From positions 512,001-576,000 of the forward strand of contig CAWEMM010000009.1 in assembly GCA_963810095.1 (NCBI GenBank): 64,000 bases of DNA, given 5' to 3'. Position 1 is the first letter of the stretch, and every line of letters starts with the position of its first letter. The notes beneath the pieces were generated by a model. It saw only the letters and a program-made list of their open reading frames with translations, ran no database searches and had not been told where the DNA came from. Shown piece by piece: positions 1-11,285 of the stretch. The stretch comes from an uncultured Chloroflexia bacterium. GTDB taxonomy: Bacteria; Chloroflexota; Anaerolineae; CG2-30-64-16. The translations under genes were made by a program, and so were the position numbers.

Positions 1-377
1 ACAAAGTCAACGAAGCAAATTGACTTAGCGCGGGTAAGTGATAAGATGAACTGGATCGTTCGCGCCTGGACTGCCTGTCCCGTCGATCAATGACTACCCT
101 CCGCAAGCGCTCGCTCCGGGAGGCGTGCCGTGTCCCGCCATTCTTGCAGGCCCGTTCTCGGAGGCCGGCCCTTGACCCGGCCGCTGCTTCTGCGGCCCGC
201 GTCACGGCAGCGCCGCATCCTCACACCCGTGTCAAACGTCTTCATGTATGCCGGCACGCAACTATGTCGGTGCACCACCCATTCGCTTGTTCGCTTGCAG
301 ACACCCATTCAGCGTGGCCTGACGCAGGCTTGTCGTCCAGCCCTATGCGCCGGCTGTTTACCAGGGAGGCTCGTCCC

Positions 378-2720
378 ATGAAGCTTTCGGGATTTCGAGG
401 TCTCACCCGCCGCCTTGTTGGCGTCTCTGCATTTTCCTGCCTGTGCCTCGCGTTGAGCCTTTTCGTCCTGAGCGGTTGCGTCCCGGTTCCACTCGCCCCG
501 TCCGCCCCAGCCCCCGCGGTACGAGGTGTGGATGCGCCGGCCGCCACCGAGCCCGCGCCAGATGCTGCCGGCGAAATCACGCCGCGGATGTTGGTGGCCC
601 CCGGGGCCCTGATGGGGCCATCCCCATCCAGCTTTGCCTGGAGCCCGGTGGACGCGCGCCTCGCCTACGTTGAGCCTGCCGGCGGAGTCGACATGTTGTG
701 GGTGCTGGATGCGGCGACGGGCGCAAAACGAGTCGTCCTGGATCCGGGCAAGCTCAGCGGCGCGGCCAAAGACGCGGCAATCGACCTGACCACGGCACAG
801 TGGTCGCCAAAGGGCGACCGGTTGCTGCTAGCGGGTGCAGACTCGTTGTGGCTCCTCGACCTGCCCTCGGGGGAACTCGAAACGCTTGTCTCGGGTGCGG
901 GCAACCGGACCGCCGCCGCGTTCGTGCCCGATGGCGGCTCGGTGTCCTACGTCCAGGATAACGATCTGTACCTGGTCGGCATCGCCGACCGTGAAGTACA
1001 GCGGATAACCCGGGACGGCGGCGAGACGGTTTTCAACGGAGCGCTGGACTGGGTCTATAACGAGGAGCTGGCGACGCGGGCGGCGCAGCCGGGCTACGGC
1101 TGGTCGCCGGACGGCAATCTCCTGATGTTCCTCCGCCTCGACGAGACCGCAGTCCCGAACGATCCGACGACCGATTTCCGGCATGTGCCGGCCACGGTCA
1201 GCTACACGCGTTACCCAACGGCCGGCGGCCCCAACCCGATCGCCAGCCTGCATGTCCACGCCATGGGCGCCACTGCGCCCCCGCTCACGGTCCCGCTGCC
1301 CGAAGGCGCCGAGTACGTGCTGCCGTTCTTTACCTGGACGCCTGACTCCAATCATGCGCTCTTTATTACTGTGAACCGCGACCACACGGAGTTGCTGCTG
1401 AACCGGTATACGCCGCAGAGCGGGGAGCTGCGCACGTTGATCAAAGAGACGGCTCCCGACTGGATCAACGAAGAACGGTACGCCGCGCCCGTCTTCGTGG
1501 GCGATGGCAGCCAGTTCTTGTGGCTCTCCGAACGCGACGGATTCATGCACCTCTACCTGTACGGTGCGGACGGCACGCTGGTCCGGCAGTTGACACAGGG
1601 CGACTGGATGATCGATTCGACCGGCTGGAACGTGCTTACGCCGGGCAAGCCGGTGCAGGCCGACCCGGCCGGCGCCTGGGCCTACTTCATCGCAACCCGG
1701 AACAGCCCGCTCGAGCGCCAGGTGTACCGGGTGAACACCGGCACGGGGCAACTTGAGCAGGTCTCGCAGGAACCGGGATTGCACGCAGAGGCGCTCTCGA
1801 GCGACGGGCGCTACCTGGTCGAGCAGTTCTCCGATGTAAACACGCCGCCCGTCACGCGCATCACCCCGACCGACGGCGGCCCGGCCCAGGTGATGACGAA
1901 GGCGGCCGGACCTGCCATCGCGTTGCCCGACCTGACGCGCGAGTTCGTGACGCTCAAAGCCCACGATGGCGTCGACCTCTACGCCCAGTTGGTCAAGCCG
2001 GCCGGTTTCGACCCGGCGCGTAAGTACCCCGTCGTCGTTCACTGGTATGGTGGGCCGGGCCTGCAGATGGTCTCGAACCGCTACGGCGCGACGAACATCT
2101 TCAACAACATCGAACGCGACGTGCTCTACACGCAGGCGGGCTACCTGGTGTGGCGGCTCGACAACCGGGGCAGCGCGGGCCGGGGCCACGCGTTCGAGGC
2201 GCCGATCTTTGGCGAGTTGGGCCGCGCCGCACTGGACGACCAGCTGGCGGGTATCGAATACCTTCGCACCCTACCCTACGTCGACGCAAGCCGCATCGGG
2301 ACGGACGGCAAGTCGTTCGGTGGCTACATGACGCTGTACGCGTTGATCAACGCGGCCGACGTCTTCCGCTGCGGGGTGGCCGGCGCGCCGCCGACGGACT
2401 GGAGTTACTACGACACCATCTATACCGAGCGTTACATGCGGACGCCGAAGTTGAATGCGGGCGGTTACGCTGCGACGAATCTGATCGAGAAGGTGGCGCA
2501 GCTCAAGAACGCGCCGCTGCTGATCCACGGGCTGAACGATACGAACGTACACTTGCAGAACACCGTCAACTTCGTCGAGGCCCTCGAGGCCGCGGACAAG
2601 CCGTTTGGCTTCATTCCGCTGCCAAACCGCGGCCACAGTTTCAAGGGCGATGGCCTGGTGGCCGCCCTGATCGCAAGCGTCGATTATTTCGAGGGGTGTC
2701 TTTCGACCCCCACTAAGTGA
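378..2720 (+). CDS. S9B dipeptidyl-peptidase IV family lipoprotein
   Basis: GGAGG RBS before ATG378; lipobox LSGC; GALDWVYNEE motif; beta-propeller repeats; GKSFGG nucleophile elbow; HGLNDTNVH and GH catalytic motifs. Confidence 0.92.
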   Translation: MKLSGFRGLTRRLVGVSAFSCLCLALSLFVLSGCVPVPLAPSAPAPAVRGVDAPAATEPAPDAAGEITPRMLVAPGALMGPSPSSFAWSPVDARLAYVEPAGGVDMLWVLDAATGAKRVVLDPGKLSGAAKDAAIDLTTAQWSPKGDRLLLAGADSLWLLDLPSGELETLVSGAGNRTAAAFVPDGGSVSYVQDNDLYLVGIADREVQRITRDGGETVFNGALDWVYNEELATRAAQPGYGWSPDGNLLMFLRLDETAVPNDPTTDFRHVPATVSYTRYPTAGGPNPIASLHVHAMGATAPPLTVPLPEGAEYVLPFFTWTPDSNHALFITVNRDHTELLLNRYTPQSGELRTLIKETAPDWINEERYAAPVFVGDGSQFLWLSERDGFMHLYLYGADGTLVRQLTQGDWMIDSTGWNVLTPGKPVQADPAGAWAYFIATRNSPLERQVYRVNTGTGQLEQVSQEPGLHAEALSSDGRYLVEQFSDVNTPPVTRITPTDGGPAQVMTKAAGPAIALPDLTREFVTLKAHDGVDLYAQLVKPAGFDPARKYPVVVHWYGGPGLQMVSNRYGATNIFNNIERDVLYTQAGYLVWRLDNRGSAGRGHAFEAPIFGELGRAALDDQLAGIEYLRTLPYVDASRIGTDGKSFGGYMTLYALINAADVFRCGVAGAPPTDWSYYDTIYTERYMRTPKLNAGGYAATNLIEKVAQLKNAPLLIHGLNDTNVHLQNTVNFVEALEAADKPFGFIPLPNRGHSFKGDGLVAALIASVDYFEGCLSTPTK

Positions 2721-2731
2721 GGAGGAATCAC

Positions 2732-4128
2732 ATGAAGCCCCGTACCTGCGTTCAAATTGCCCTGACCGCCTTGGCCATCCTGGTCCTCGCGGCCTGCTCG
2801 CCGGGCCAGTTGCCCTTGCCACCCTTGCAGGCGCCGACCGCAGCAGAGCCGACCACGGCCCCTGCACAGCCGACCGCCGCGGTGGAACAGCCCGCAACCG
2901 TGGTTCCGCCGGCGCCGACGGCCGAGGTCCCCACGACCGCTGCACCCGAACCGGCTGCGACGGCGCCGGTCGCCGGCACATCCGGCTTGCAGCTTCCTTC
3001 GCAGGAGCAATGCGACGGCCTGGCCCAGCTGCTTTCTGAGGCGCTGTCGCGTGCCACGGGCCAGTCGACGCCGTTGGAGATTACCGAGTCCGAAGTCCCG
3101 ATGACCGACCCCTCCAATGGTGCGACGGGCACCGGCTGCCGAGCGATGGCCACGGGCACCGGCACGCAGTTTGGCAGCCCCGACGCGGTCATGAAGCAGA
3201 TCACGGCCGTCTTTGTCGAGGGCGGCTGGCAGGAAGACATCAAGCTCGCCGCAGGCGGGCCGACGGGCATCGGCTCGGGGTTCCGCGCGGGCGACCTGGT
3301 GAGCATGGCCTTTGCCGGCTGGCAGCCGGATGCGGTCACCACCTGCCCGAGCGATCAGCCGATTTCGGCATGCCAGGTGCCACCCGAGCACCAGGCATAC
3401 ACCATCACGTTGGACACGGCGCGCGAGGCCGCCGCAAGCAGCGCTTCGATGGCGAACCCGGCTTCGGTGAACTGTGAGAAGGTGGGCGGCTCGCTCAAGA
3501 TCGAGGAGCGGCCGGACGGCGGGCAGTACGGCGTGTGCATGTTTGCGGACAACATGCAGTGCGAGGAGTGGGCGCTGATGCGCGGCGAGTGCCCGGCGGG
3601 CGGCGTCAAGGTGACGGGCTACACCACGCCCGCGGCCACGCTTCTGCGCCATCACCGGCGGCGCCTATAGCGTATCGAGCAACAACGGCCAGGCGAACGA
3701 GCGCGGCGTGTGTGCTCTGCCCGATGGCAGGCAGCTGCGAGGTGTGGAGTTACTACCTCGGCGGCTGCGAGTCGCCCGTGATCGGCATGGCGAATCCTGC
3801 GTCTGTGAATTGCGAAAAGCAGGGCGGGAAGGTGCAGATCGAAGAGCGGGCCGACGGCGGGCAGTACGGGGTGTGCTACTTCGAGGATAACCGGCAGTGC
3901 GAAGAGTGGGCGCTGCTCCGCGGGCAGTGCCCGGTGGGCGGCGTTAAGGTGACGGGCTATACCACGCCGGCCGCGACCTACTGTGCTATCACCGGCGGCA
4001 CCTACACCGCGACCGGCAACTCGGGGCAGCCGAACGAAGCGGGGACATGTGCGCTGCCGGGCGGGACGCAGTGCGATGTGTGGAGCTATTACCAGGGCGC
4101 ATGCCCCGCGGCAGGCGCGACCCAGTAA
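2732..4128 (+). CDS. Lipoprotein with tandem DUF333 (putative hemolysin-like) Cys-rich repeats; frameshifted near 3640-3740
   Basis: GGAGG RBS; lipobox LAAC; Pro/Thr/Ala linker; two MANPASVNCEKxGG...YGVC...CEEWAL units joined across frames. Confidence 0.8.
3449..4110 (+). repeat. Intragenic tandem duplication (~340 bp x2) encoding the DUF333 modules
   Basis: atggcgaacccggcttcggtgaactg at 3449 vs atggcgaatcctgcgtctgtgaattg at 3788; shared gacggcgggcagtacgg and aaggtgacgggcta(c/t)accacgcc. Confidence 0.85.
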
Positions 4129-4374
4129 TCCCCGGCGCGGCCCGCTTAGCCGCAGCAACGAACCCTTCAGCGCCCCACCCGTTGCGACGCCTGTAGCACC
4201 GGGTGGGGAAGTTCGGGCTGGCCCGATCCCCTGAGCCCGTTAGGTGGGTGGTGGCTGGGAAACTAGACGAACGTCTAGCCGCTTGTGGCTTCATAAGCTG
4301 TTGCAATTGTCACACGCGTCCCTTACACTGGTGTAACCGCCTGCGCTCCGAACTTGCTACGGGAGGTCCCTACT

Positions 4375-7087
4375 GTGATACGTGCTATCGCCAAGCTTCT
4401 GTTCCGTTTCGCCGTTCTGTGGTTCATCGATGCCGTTTCGATCGCGTTTACCGCCTGGCTTCTGGCGGGCGTCAACCTGGTCCCCACGGATGGCTCCATC
4501 TGGGTGACGGCCGCCGGCGCGGCCTTCATGCTGGGCATCGTCAACTTGCTCATCCGGCCGATTATCCTGTTGCTGGCGCTGCCGCTTGGCTTCTTTGTGA
4601 TCTTCGGCGTCGGTTTTGTCGTGAATGCCGTGGCAATCCTGATCACGGCCTCGCTGCTGCCGGCGTTCCAGGTGGACGGCTTTCTCGCGGCCTTTCTGGC
4701 CGGCATCATCATGGCCGTCATCAACACGCTTGCCGTCAGCGTGATCTCGATCGACGACGACGATTCATTCTTCCAGGGGCTTGCGGAGCGGCTGGCCAAC
4801 CGGCAGAAGCCGGACACAGATAAGCTCGCAGGGCACGGCCTGGTGATGCTTGAGATCGACGGCTGCAGCTACCATCACATGAAGCAGGCGCTCGAGACCG
4901 GCCGCATGCCCAACATGAAGCGGCTGATGGACGAGGAGGGGTACCAATTGACGTTGGTGGACTGCGGCCTCCCATCGCAGACCTCCGCCTGTCAGGCCGG
5001 CATTCTCTTTGGCGACAGCTACGACATCCCCGCTTTCCGTTGGTATGACAAGGAGCGCGGCAGGACATTCGTATCCGGCAAGGACGCCGGCGAGATCAAC
5101 GCGCGTTATGCGAAGGGTAATGGCCTGCTGCGTGGCGGTTCAAGCATCAACAACATGATGAACGGCGATGCCGCAAAGTCGCTGCTGACGCTCGCGGACC
5201 TGAAGACTGGCACGCCCGAGGAGAAGAAGGCGCGGGCGCGCGACATCTACCTGCTGATGATCAACCCGTACTTCATCATGCGGACCGTCGTGCTGGTGAT
5301 CGGCGGATGCGCTAGTGGAAGTGTGGCAGTACTTCCGGGACAAGCGGCGCAAGGTCCAGCCGCTGCTCGAACCGTATGAAGCACGGCTATCCGCTTGATG
5401 CGTGCCGCGTGCACGGTCTTCATGCGTGACGTCGCCGAATATCTCGTGACGCTGGACATCGTGCGCGGCGCGCCGGCGATTTACGCCACGTGGCCGGGCT
5501 ACGACGAGGTCGCGCACCATACGGGCCCGTCCACTGAGGCGGCCCTCTCACGTCCTCGCAAAGTATGACCGCACCGATCGGCCGCGTCGCCGACGTCATC
5601 CGGCGGAAGAGCGCCGCGGCCTTACGACCTGATCATCCTCTCGGATCACGGCCAGTCGTTTGGCGCCACCTTCAAGCAGCGCTACGGCTTCAGCCTCATG
5701 GAGTTCATCGAGCAGCACCTACCCGAGGGCGTCGGGGGTCGACCGTGCTACGGCGGCGACGACGGCACGATTGCGCTTGTTGCGGTCAGCGGCGAGTTGG
5801 AGAACATGGCCGGCGCAGGACGTCGGCGGGAAGGTCGGCCGGCCGGTGGCGCCGCAGCGGCCAGCAAGGCCTTGGAGGCGGGCGCCGCAGGCGGCGCCAA
5901 GAAGGAGACCGAGACGAAGGATGCCGGCTGCCAAGCCGCGCCGCCGTCACCGTCTTCGGCAGCGGCAACCTGGCCCGGTCTACTTCCACTTCTCGAACAA
6001 CCGCGTGACCCGGCCCGAGCTCGAGCCACGTACCCGGGCCTTTTCCCGGCGCTCCTCGAACACGAGGGCGTCGGCGTGGTCCTGGCGTACGAGGGCGACG
6101 GCACGCCCATCGTGTGGGGCAAGACCGGCAACCGCAACCTGCGCACGGGCGCCGTCGAGGGCGACGAGCCGCTGAAGATGTACGGCGATCCCAGCGTGCG
6201 CGCCGAGCAGCTGTGCCGGCTGGCCGACTTCCCCAACAACGGCGACCTGACCGTCTTCAGCACGGTCTACGCGGACGGCACCGTCGCGGCGATGGAGGAA
6301 CTTATCGGCAGCCACGGAGGCATGGGCGGGGTGCAGACAGACGCGTTCCTGTTCCACCCGGCTGCGATCCAGGTGCCGCCCATCACGAACGCGACCGGCG
6401 TCTTCCAGGTGCTGGACGCTCGCCGGCGTGCGCCTGTCATGCCCGGGGAGTTGCCGAAGCCCGTGAAGGAAGCGACGAATTCGCACCCACCAAGTCTGGG
6501 CCGGCATCACCCGGGTGCGAGAGTGGCTACCCCTGGCCGCGCGTGCGCTGGTGCTCAACCAGGACGCCTACGCAACAGTAGTCCGGCGCCCTTCGATGAC
6601 CGGCCCGGCGCTGCTGATCGCGCTCGTGATGGCGGTCTTGGCAGGGCTCATCCGTCGCGGTGGCTTCAACCTGCAATCCACGGTTGAGGCGCTGCTGAGC
6701 TTCGCGCTCGCGACCGGGATCGTCTTCGTCACCGGACGGGTGCTCAACAAGGGCCGGGCGCGCGCCCAGGACCAGTACACGGCAACGTACGGCGGGGTGG
6801 TGCGTGCGCTTGGCTTTGCCCAGGTGGTCGCCCTGGTACAGGTGCTGACGTTGATCCCGGTGCTCGGCAACTTCGCGGGGGTTCTCAGCACGGCGCTCCG
6901 GATCTTTGCGGTCTGGATCGCTGCGGCAACGGCTCATGATCTCCGCGGCTGGCGCGCAGTCCTCTTCCCCGTGGTCATGTTCCTGCGTGATATTGGTGTC
7001 GTTCGCGGTAACCGTGGTCCTGCTGCAGGGCGCCGCCCTGAGCCTGACCACCTTGGCTCAGGACTTGGGGTTCGGGGGTTGAACTGA
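4375..7087 (+). CDS. Phage-holin-like (4TM) + alkaline phosphatase/nucleotide pyrophosphatase superfamily + C-terminal Yip1-like membrane domain fusion; several frameshifts
   Basis: LGIVNLLIRPII holin-like N-terminus; LEIDG, SQTSACQAGIL, YDEVAHH, LSDHGQS and SHGGMGG AlkP motifs across frames; hydrophobic C-terminal domain in ORF 6515-7087. Confidence 0.75.
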
Positions 7088-7684
7088 AGGCGCAGTCGCC
7101 TGGGCGGCGGCGGCTGCGGCCGCCGCCTGGCGCTCCTGCGCCTCGATCGCCGCTCGCTCGGTAGCCAGCCTGGTGCGTCGCTTCAGGAGAACTGCCTGCA
7201 AATGCGCTTCGAGCGGGCCCGCGTCACCCTCGGCCGGCATGAAGTAAATCACAAACGTGTCGGCGAAGTGGTCCTGAAATGCCTGGCGGCGGTTGTCGAC
7301 GAGGACCACGAGAAAGCCCCAGAAGAGGGGCAGACTAACGATATAGCCCACGAAGCGCTTGAAAGACTTCCGGCCCGTCACGCGGCTGCCGTCGGTGCGC
7401 ACCACCCGCAGGCCCATGACGCGCTTTCCGATCGTTTGACCGCCCGCCGCAACCAGCCCCACGAAGTACGCGATCCACAACACGACCCCGAAACCGGCCG
7501 TCAGCAGCGCAGTGAACCGCTTCGTCGCCTGGCCCAGCCCCAAGGCGTCAACCAGGAATTGGCCAACCACGGTAATGATCGTGATGACTGCGACGAGGAT
7601 CGCGATATCGATCGTGATCGCAATCAACCGTGAGACGAACCCGGCGGGCCGTCCTTGCTCAGCTAGCTGCAGGTCTGCACGCAT
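7058..7684 (-). CDS. RDD family membrane protein
   Basis: AGFVSRLIAITID...GQTIGKRVMGLRVV...RRQAFQDHFADTFV. Confidence 0.9.
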   Translation of the reverse strand: MRADLQLAEQGRPAGFVSRLIAITIDIAILVAVITIITVVGQFLVDALGLGQATKRFTALLTAGFGVVLWIAYFVGLVAAGGQTIGKRVMGLRVVRTDGSRVTGRKSFKRFVGYIVSLPLFWGFLVVLVDNRRQAFQDHFADTFVIYFMPAEGDAGPLEAHLQAVLLKRRTRLATERAAIEAQERQAAAAAAAAQATAPSVQPPNPKS

Positions 7685-7690
7685 CTCAGA

Positions 7691-8699
7691 TCATCCTGCC
7701 TGACCCACCGGTCCTGTTGGTGGCACCTCGTCCTGTGGGGCGATCGACGTCGTATCCGTGCGGGGCCCACGCCGGAGCAGGCGGCGGACGATGGTCTCGG
7801 CCACATCGTCGGTCACTGCGCTCAAGCGCCGGCTGGTATCGGCCACCGACGTGACGATGTCGGCGCTCTGGCCCCTGAGTTGATCGCGCACCAGTTCGGC
7901 GAGTTCCGGGTTTTTCGAGATCAACTCGATCACGTCGTCCATGATCTCGCTGATGCCGTTCTCTGCGATCCACCGGCTGATTTGCTCTTCCTGCCGGCCT
8001 TCCGAGATCCAGGACTCCGAGAGGCTGACCAGGCGGTTCAACGTCGCGTTGACGGCCGACGTAACGGGCTGGCGCACCGGCCGGAAGAACCAGGCGTCCA
8101 TCACCCGGTCGGTCGTCCGGCTGACGAGGCCCGCTACGCTGCCCGGCGCCTCCATTGCATCTACGGCAACGCTCCAGGCGCTCCTGCGCGCGCTGGTGAC
8201 CATGCCCAGCAGCCAGTAGCGTAAGAGCGTGCCGCTCGTCTCGTCCTGCACCGCAGCAGCGGCCTGGCCATCAAAGATGTCGGGTGGCGCGGCCGCTTCC
8301 CACTTTTGCCCGCGCTTGACCACCTCTTCCAGGCCGAGGATGACCGCGCCCGCGGCGAAGCGGGTGATGAGCTGCAGGGAACGATTGTCCTGCGCGCGGC
8401 AGAAGGGAGGTGCGGGACGCGGGGACCGCGACCGGGGCACGGGTTGCCAAAGTATTAGCCGCGGCCGCACCGCTCCGGACGCCTTGTTTTTCGCCGCCCG
8501 CCACTGTCCTGCCGCTAACTTTGCCGGTATACTGTGACCCAGCCATAGCTTCCGCCAGCCCCCACTTGTCCTCACTGGTTGTTTCGCCCAGCACGCTGTT
8601 AAGGTCTTTCAGCGTCCGGCGCAGGTCGATCATCTGCTCGTTGCGACCCGTGGCCGGCGTGGCGTTGAACCCGGTACCATCATCTTGACTCGTGGCCAT
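7691..8699 (-). CDS. Hypothetical protein co-transcribed with the RDD gene; frameshift near 8400
   Basis: ATG8699 with upstream GGAG; joins ORF 7691-8575; helical sequence; 6-bp gap to the RDD gene. Confidence 0.6.
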
Positions 8700-8830
8700 G
8701 CTGGGTTGCTCCCGCGAGATGTTCGACTTCGGGCGCTTCGTCCTCACACCTATTCTAGTACCCCACAGGTTGCAGCGCAAGCGCCGTCCATCCAGAGAAA
8801 TCCTGTACGCTCGTCCAGTCGCGGGCGGGC

Positions 8831-9442
8831 TCAGCCGATGTGAGTGACCGACGGATACTCGGGGAAATGGCGCCGCGCAGGTTCGCTCACATCGCTCGGC
8901 GCCTGCAATACCAGAACGGCCCGCGTCTCCTCGTCGCTGGGATTGCCCCAACGATGCGGCAGATCCGCCTCGAACAACAGAAAGTCGCCGGGACCCAGTA
9001 CGTAGACCTCACTATCGATCTCATAGCGCAGCACGCCGGCAAGGCAGCACACGAACTCCTGCCCTTCATGCGCCACGTGGCCGGTTCCCATGTCAGAATG
9101 TGGGGCCAGCGTGATGTAGAACGGCTCCAGGTGTTGGCCCTCGAGCCGGCCGCCGAGACCCTCGATCGTCAGGCCCGCACCCCGTATCGCGGGGCGTTCG
9201 TGCGGGCGGAAGTGCAGCACGCGGGCGACAGTGTCGCTCTCGAAGAAGTAGCTCATCTTCACGCCCAGCGCTCCCGCGAGTCGTTGCAGCGTCGCTACAC
9301 TCGGCGAAATCTCGTCCCGCTCGATGAGTGAGATCGCGTTCGGCGACAAACTCGCCAGCTCGGCAAGCTCGCGTTGCGAAAGATCGCGCTCCTTGCGCAG
9401 GCCGCGCACACGGGGCCCCAGCGAGAAAGTGCTGTCGGACAT
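8831..9442 (-). CDS. XRE-family HTH regulator with cupin domain
   Basis: LSQRELAELASLSPNAISLIERDEISPSVATL HTH; HEGQEF...PGDFLLFEADLPHRW cupin. Confidence 0.93.
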   Translation of the reverse strand: MSDSTFSLGPRVRGLRKERDLSQRELAELASLSPNAISLIERDEISPSVATLQRLAGALGVKMSYFFESDTVARVLHFRPHERPAIRGAGLTIEGLGGRLEGQHLEPFYITLAPHSDMGTGHVAHEGQEFVCCLAGVLRYEIDSEVYVLGPGDFLLFEADLPHRWGNPSDEETRAVLVLQAPSDVSEPARRHFPEYPSVTHIG

Positions 9443-9690
9443 CGTGCTCCTACTTCACACAATAAGACTTAAGTCGTACACAATTTTGGTAGTATTCCTA
9501 TTGCCCGGCGCAGATCCGACCAGTATACTTGATGTGCATGGCCCGCGCCTGGGCCGCGCTGCTATTGTACCATATCCGCCGCTCGACACATGCCAGACCA
9601 CACAAAGCTCCAGGCCGCCTGCCCGGTGATTCCGCTGCAGAACGATCCACAGCAGCGCCAACGGGCCATTCAGCACCATGAGGAGGTCGC

Positions 9691-11028
9691 GTGAAAAGGT
9701 TTATCTACTTAGTGATTGCGCTTGCGTTGGCGATCGGCGCATTCGTGGTCGCACAACAGCCCCCCGCCGTCAACGCTGACAACGGCTCAATCGACACGCT
9801 CAAGATCGAGCTCGGCAAGGCCATGTTCTTCGACAAAGGCCTATCGGCCAACGGGACCCAAGCTTGCGCCGCCTGCCACGCACCCGAGGCCGGTTTCGTC
9901 GGCGCTGATTCTGCCATCAATGCCGGCGGCGCGGTCTACGAAGGTGCCATCCCCAACCGGTACGGCAACCGCAAGCCCCCGACTTCAGCCTATGCCGGAG
10001 ATAGCCCGAATTTGCATCAGGACGAGAACGGGGACTGGTTTGGCGGCATGTTCTGGGATGGGCGGGCCACCGGCGACCGGCTGGGTGACCCGTTGGTCGA
10101 GCAGGCGCAGGGCCCCTTCCTCAATCCCCTGGAGCAGGCGCTGGCCAATGCGCAGGTGCTGTGCGAGAGGGTAAAGAAGGCGTCGTATGCGCAGCTCTTC
10201 GAGCAAGTGTGGGGCGCCGGGACGCTGGACTGTGCCAAAGACGCGAACGGCGTTTACGAGAAGGTCGCGCGGTCCGTTGCGGCGTACGAGGAGAGCCCGG
10301 AGGTCAACCCCTTCAGCTCCAAGTTCGACTTGTTCTGGGACAACGCGCTGGCCAAAGGCAAGGACCCGAGCAAGATCGTGTGCGGCATGGGCCCCCAGGG
10401 ATGCGGCGCCGGGGGGAACAATCCGAACCGGTGGAGCATGTACCGCGGGCTCGGGCTGACCGACCAGGAGCTGACGGGTCTGGCCGTGTTCAACGATCGG
10501 GCCGCGTGCTCCAGCTGCCACACCCTGACTGCTGAGCCGGGAAAGCACCCGCTGTTCACCGATTTCGGCTATGACAACATCGGCGTGCCCAAGAACCCCG
10601 CCAACCCATTCTACAAGATGCCGAAAGCCTGGAACCCGGACGGCAAGAACTGGGTCGACTATGGGCTCGGTGGATATCTGAGGGACGCGGGCCAGCCGGC
10701 CGAGGTGTACGAGCCACAGCTGGGCAAGCAGAAGGTGCCGACACTGCGGAACGTGGATTTGCGCCCGGCCGCGGACACGGTCAAGGCTTACGGTCACAAC
10801 GGCTACTTCAAGTCGTTGAACGACATCGTGCTGTTCTACCACTGGCGCGGTTGCATGGGCAGTGGGATGGGCGGCGGCATGGGCGGCGGCATGGACGGCT
10901 GCATGGGCAACATGTTTGACGCACCCGAAGTGCCCGAGACCGTAGCAACCTTGAACATGTTCCCTCGGCCGCAGGTGGACAACATTGTGGCTTTCCTGAA
11001 GACACTGTCGGATGGCTATAAGCCGTAG
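9691..11028 (+). CDS. Secreted di-haem cytochrome c peroxidase/MauG superfamily protein
   Basis: Signal peptide; LGKAMFFD; CAACH and CSSCH haem motifs; FWDGRA, QAQGPFLNPLE, KVPTLRNV, YGHNG, IVAFLKTL. Confidence 0.92.
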   Translation: MKRFIYLVIALALAIGAFVVAQQPPAVNADNGSIDTLKIELGKAMFFDKGLSANGTQACAACHAPEAGFVGADSAINAGGAVYEGAIPNRYGNRKPPTSAYAGDSPNLHQDENGDWFGGMFWDGRATGDRLGDPLVEQAQGPFLNPLEQALANAQVLCERVKKASYAQLFEQVWGAGTLDCAKDANGVYEKVARSVAAYEESPEVNPFSSKFDLFWDNALAKGKDPSKIVCGMGPQGCGAGGNNPNRWSMYRGLGLTDQELTGLAVFNDRAACSSCHTLTAEPGKHPLFTDFGYDNIGVPKNPANPFYKMPKAWNPDGKNWVDYGLGGYLRDAGQPAEVYEPQLGKQKVPTLRNVDLRPAADTVKAYGHNGYFKSLNDIVLFYHWRGCMGSGMGGGMGGGMDGCMGNMFDAPEVPETVATLNMFPRPQVDNIVAFLKTLSDGYKP

Positions 11029-11098
11029 GCAAGTGGCCGGTCGTTCCGCTCGCCACTAACTGGGCCCGGGCGAGAAGCCCGCTCTGCCGACCCGATAC

Positions 11099-11142
11099 AA
11101 GTGGTCGCCCGTCACGCTTGCGACGGGCGGCCACTTTGTTTC
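11099..11142 (+). terminator. Intrinsic terminator
   Basis: agtggtcgcccgtc / gacgggcggccact stem followed by ttgttt. Confidence 0.75.
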
Positions 11143-11285
11143 TGGCGCCAAGCAGACGGCCGGTGGGTTGCCGGTCACAGTGAGACCAGTCTCCATCCGC
11201 TAGGCTGACTCAGAATGGAATGTGACGGGCTCGCTGCGACTTCCGCGGGGGCCCCGGCCCGCACTTTCGGGGAAGAGGATGTAGA

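Noticed and set aside
4130-4350. Possible riboswitch or ncRNA in the intergenic region (hairpin ctagacg-aa-cgtctag)
   Set aside because: No recognisable riboswitch consensus; a single short hairpin is insufficient
4375-4760. Phage holin implying a prophage
   Set aside because: The holin-like domain is fused to an AlkP enzyme and there are no phage structural or lysis genes
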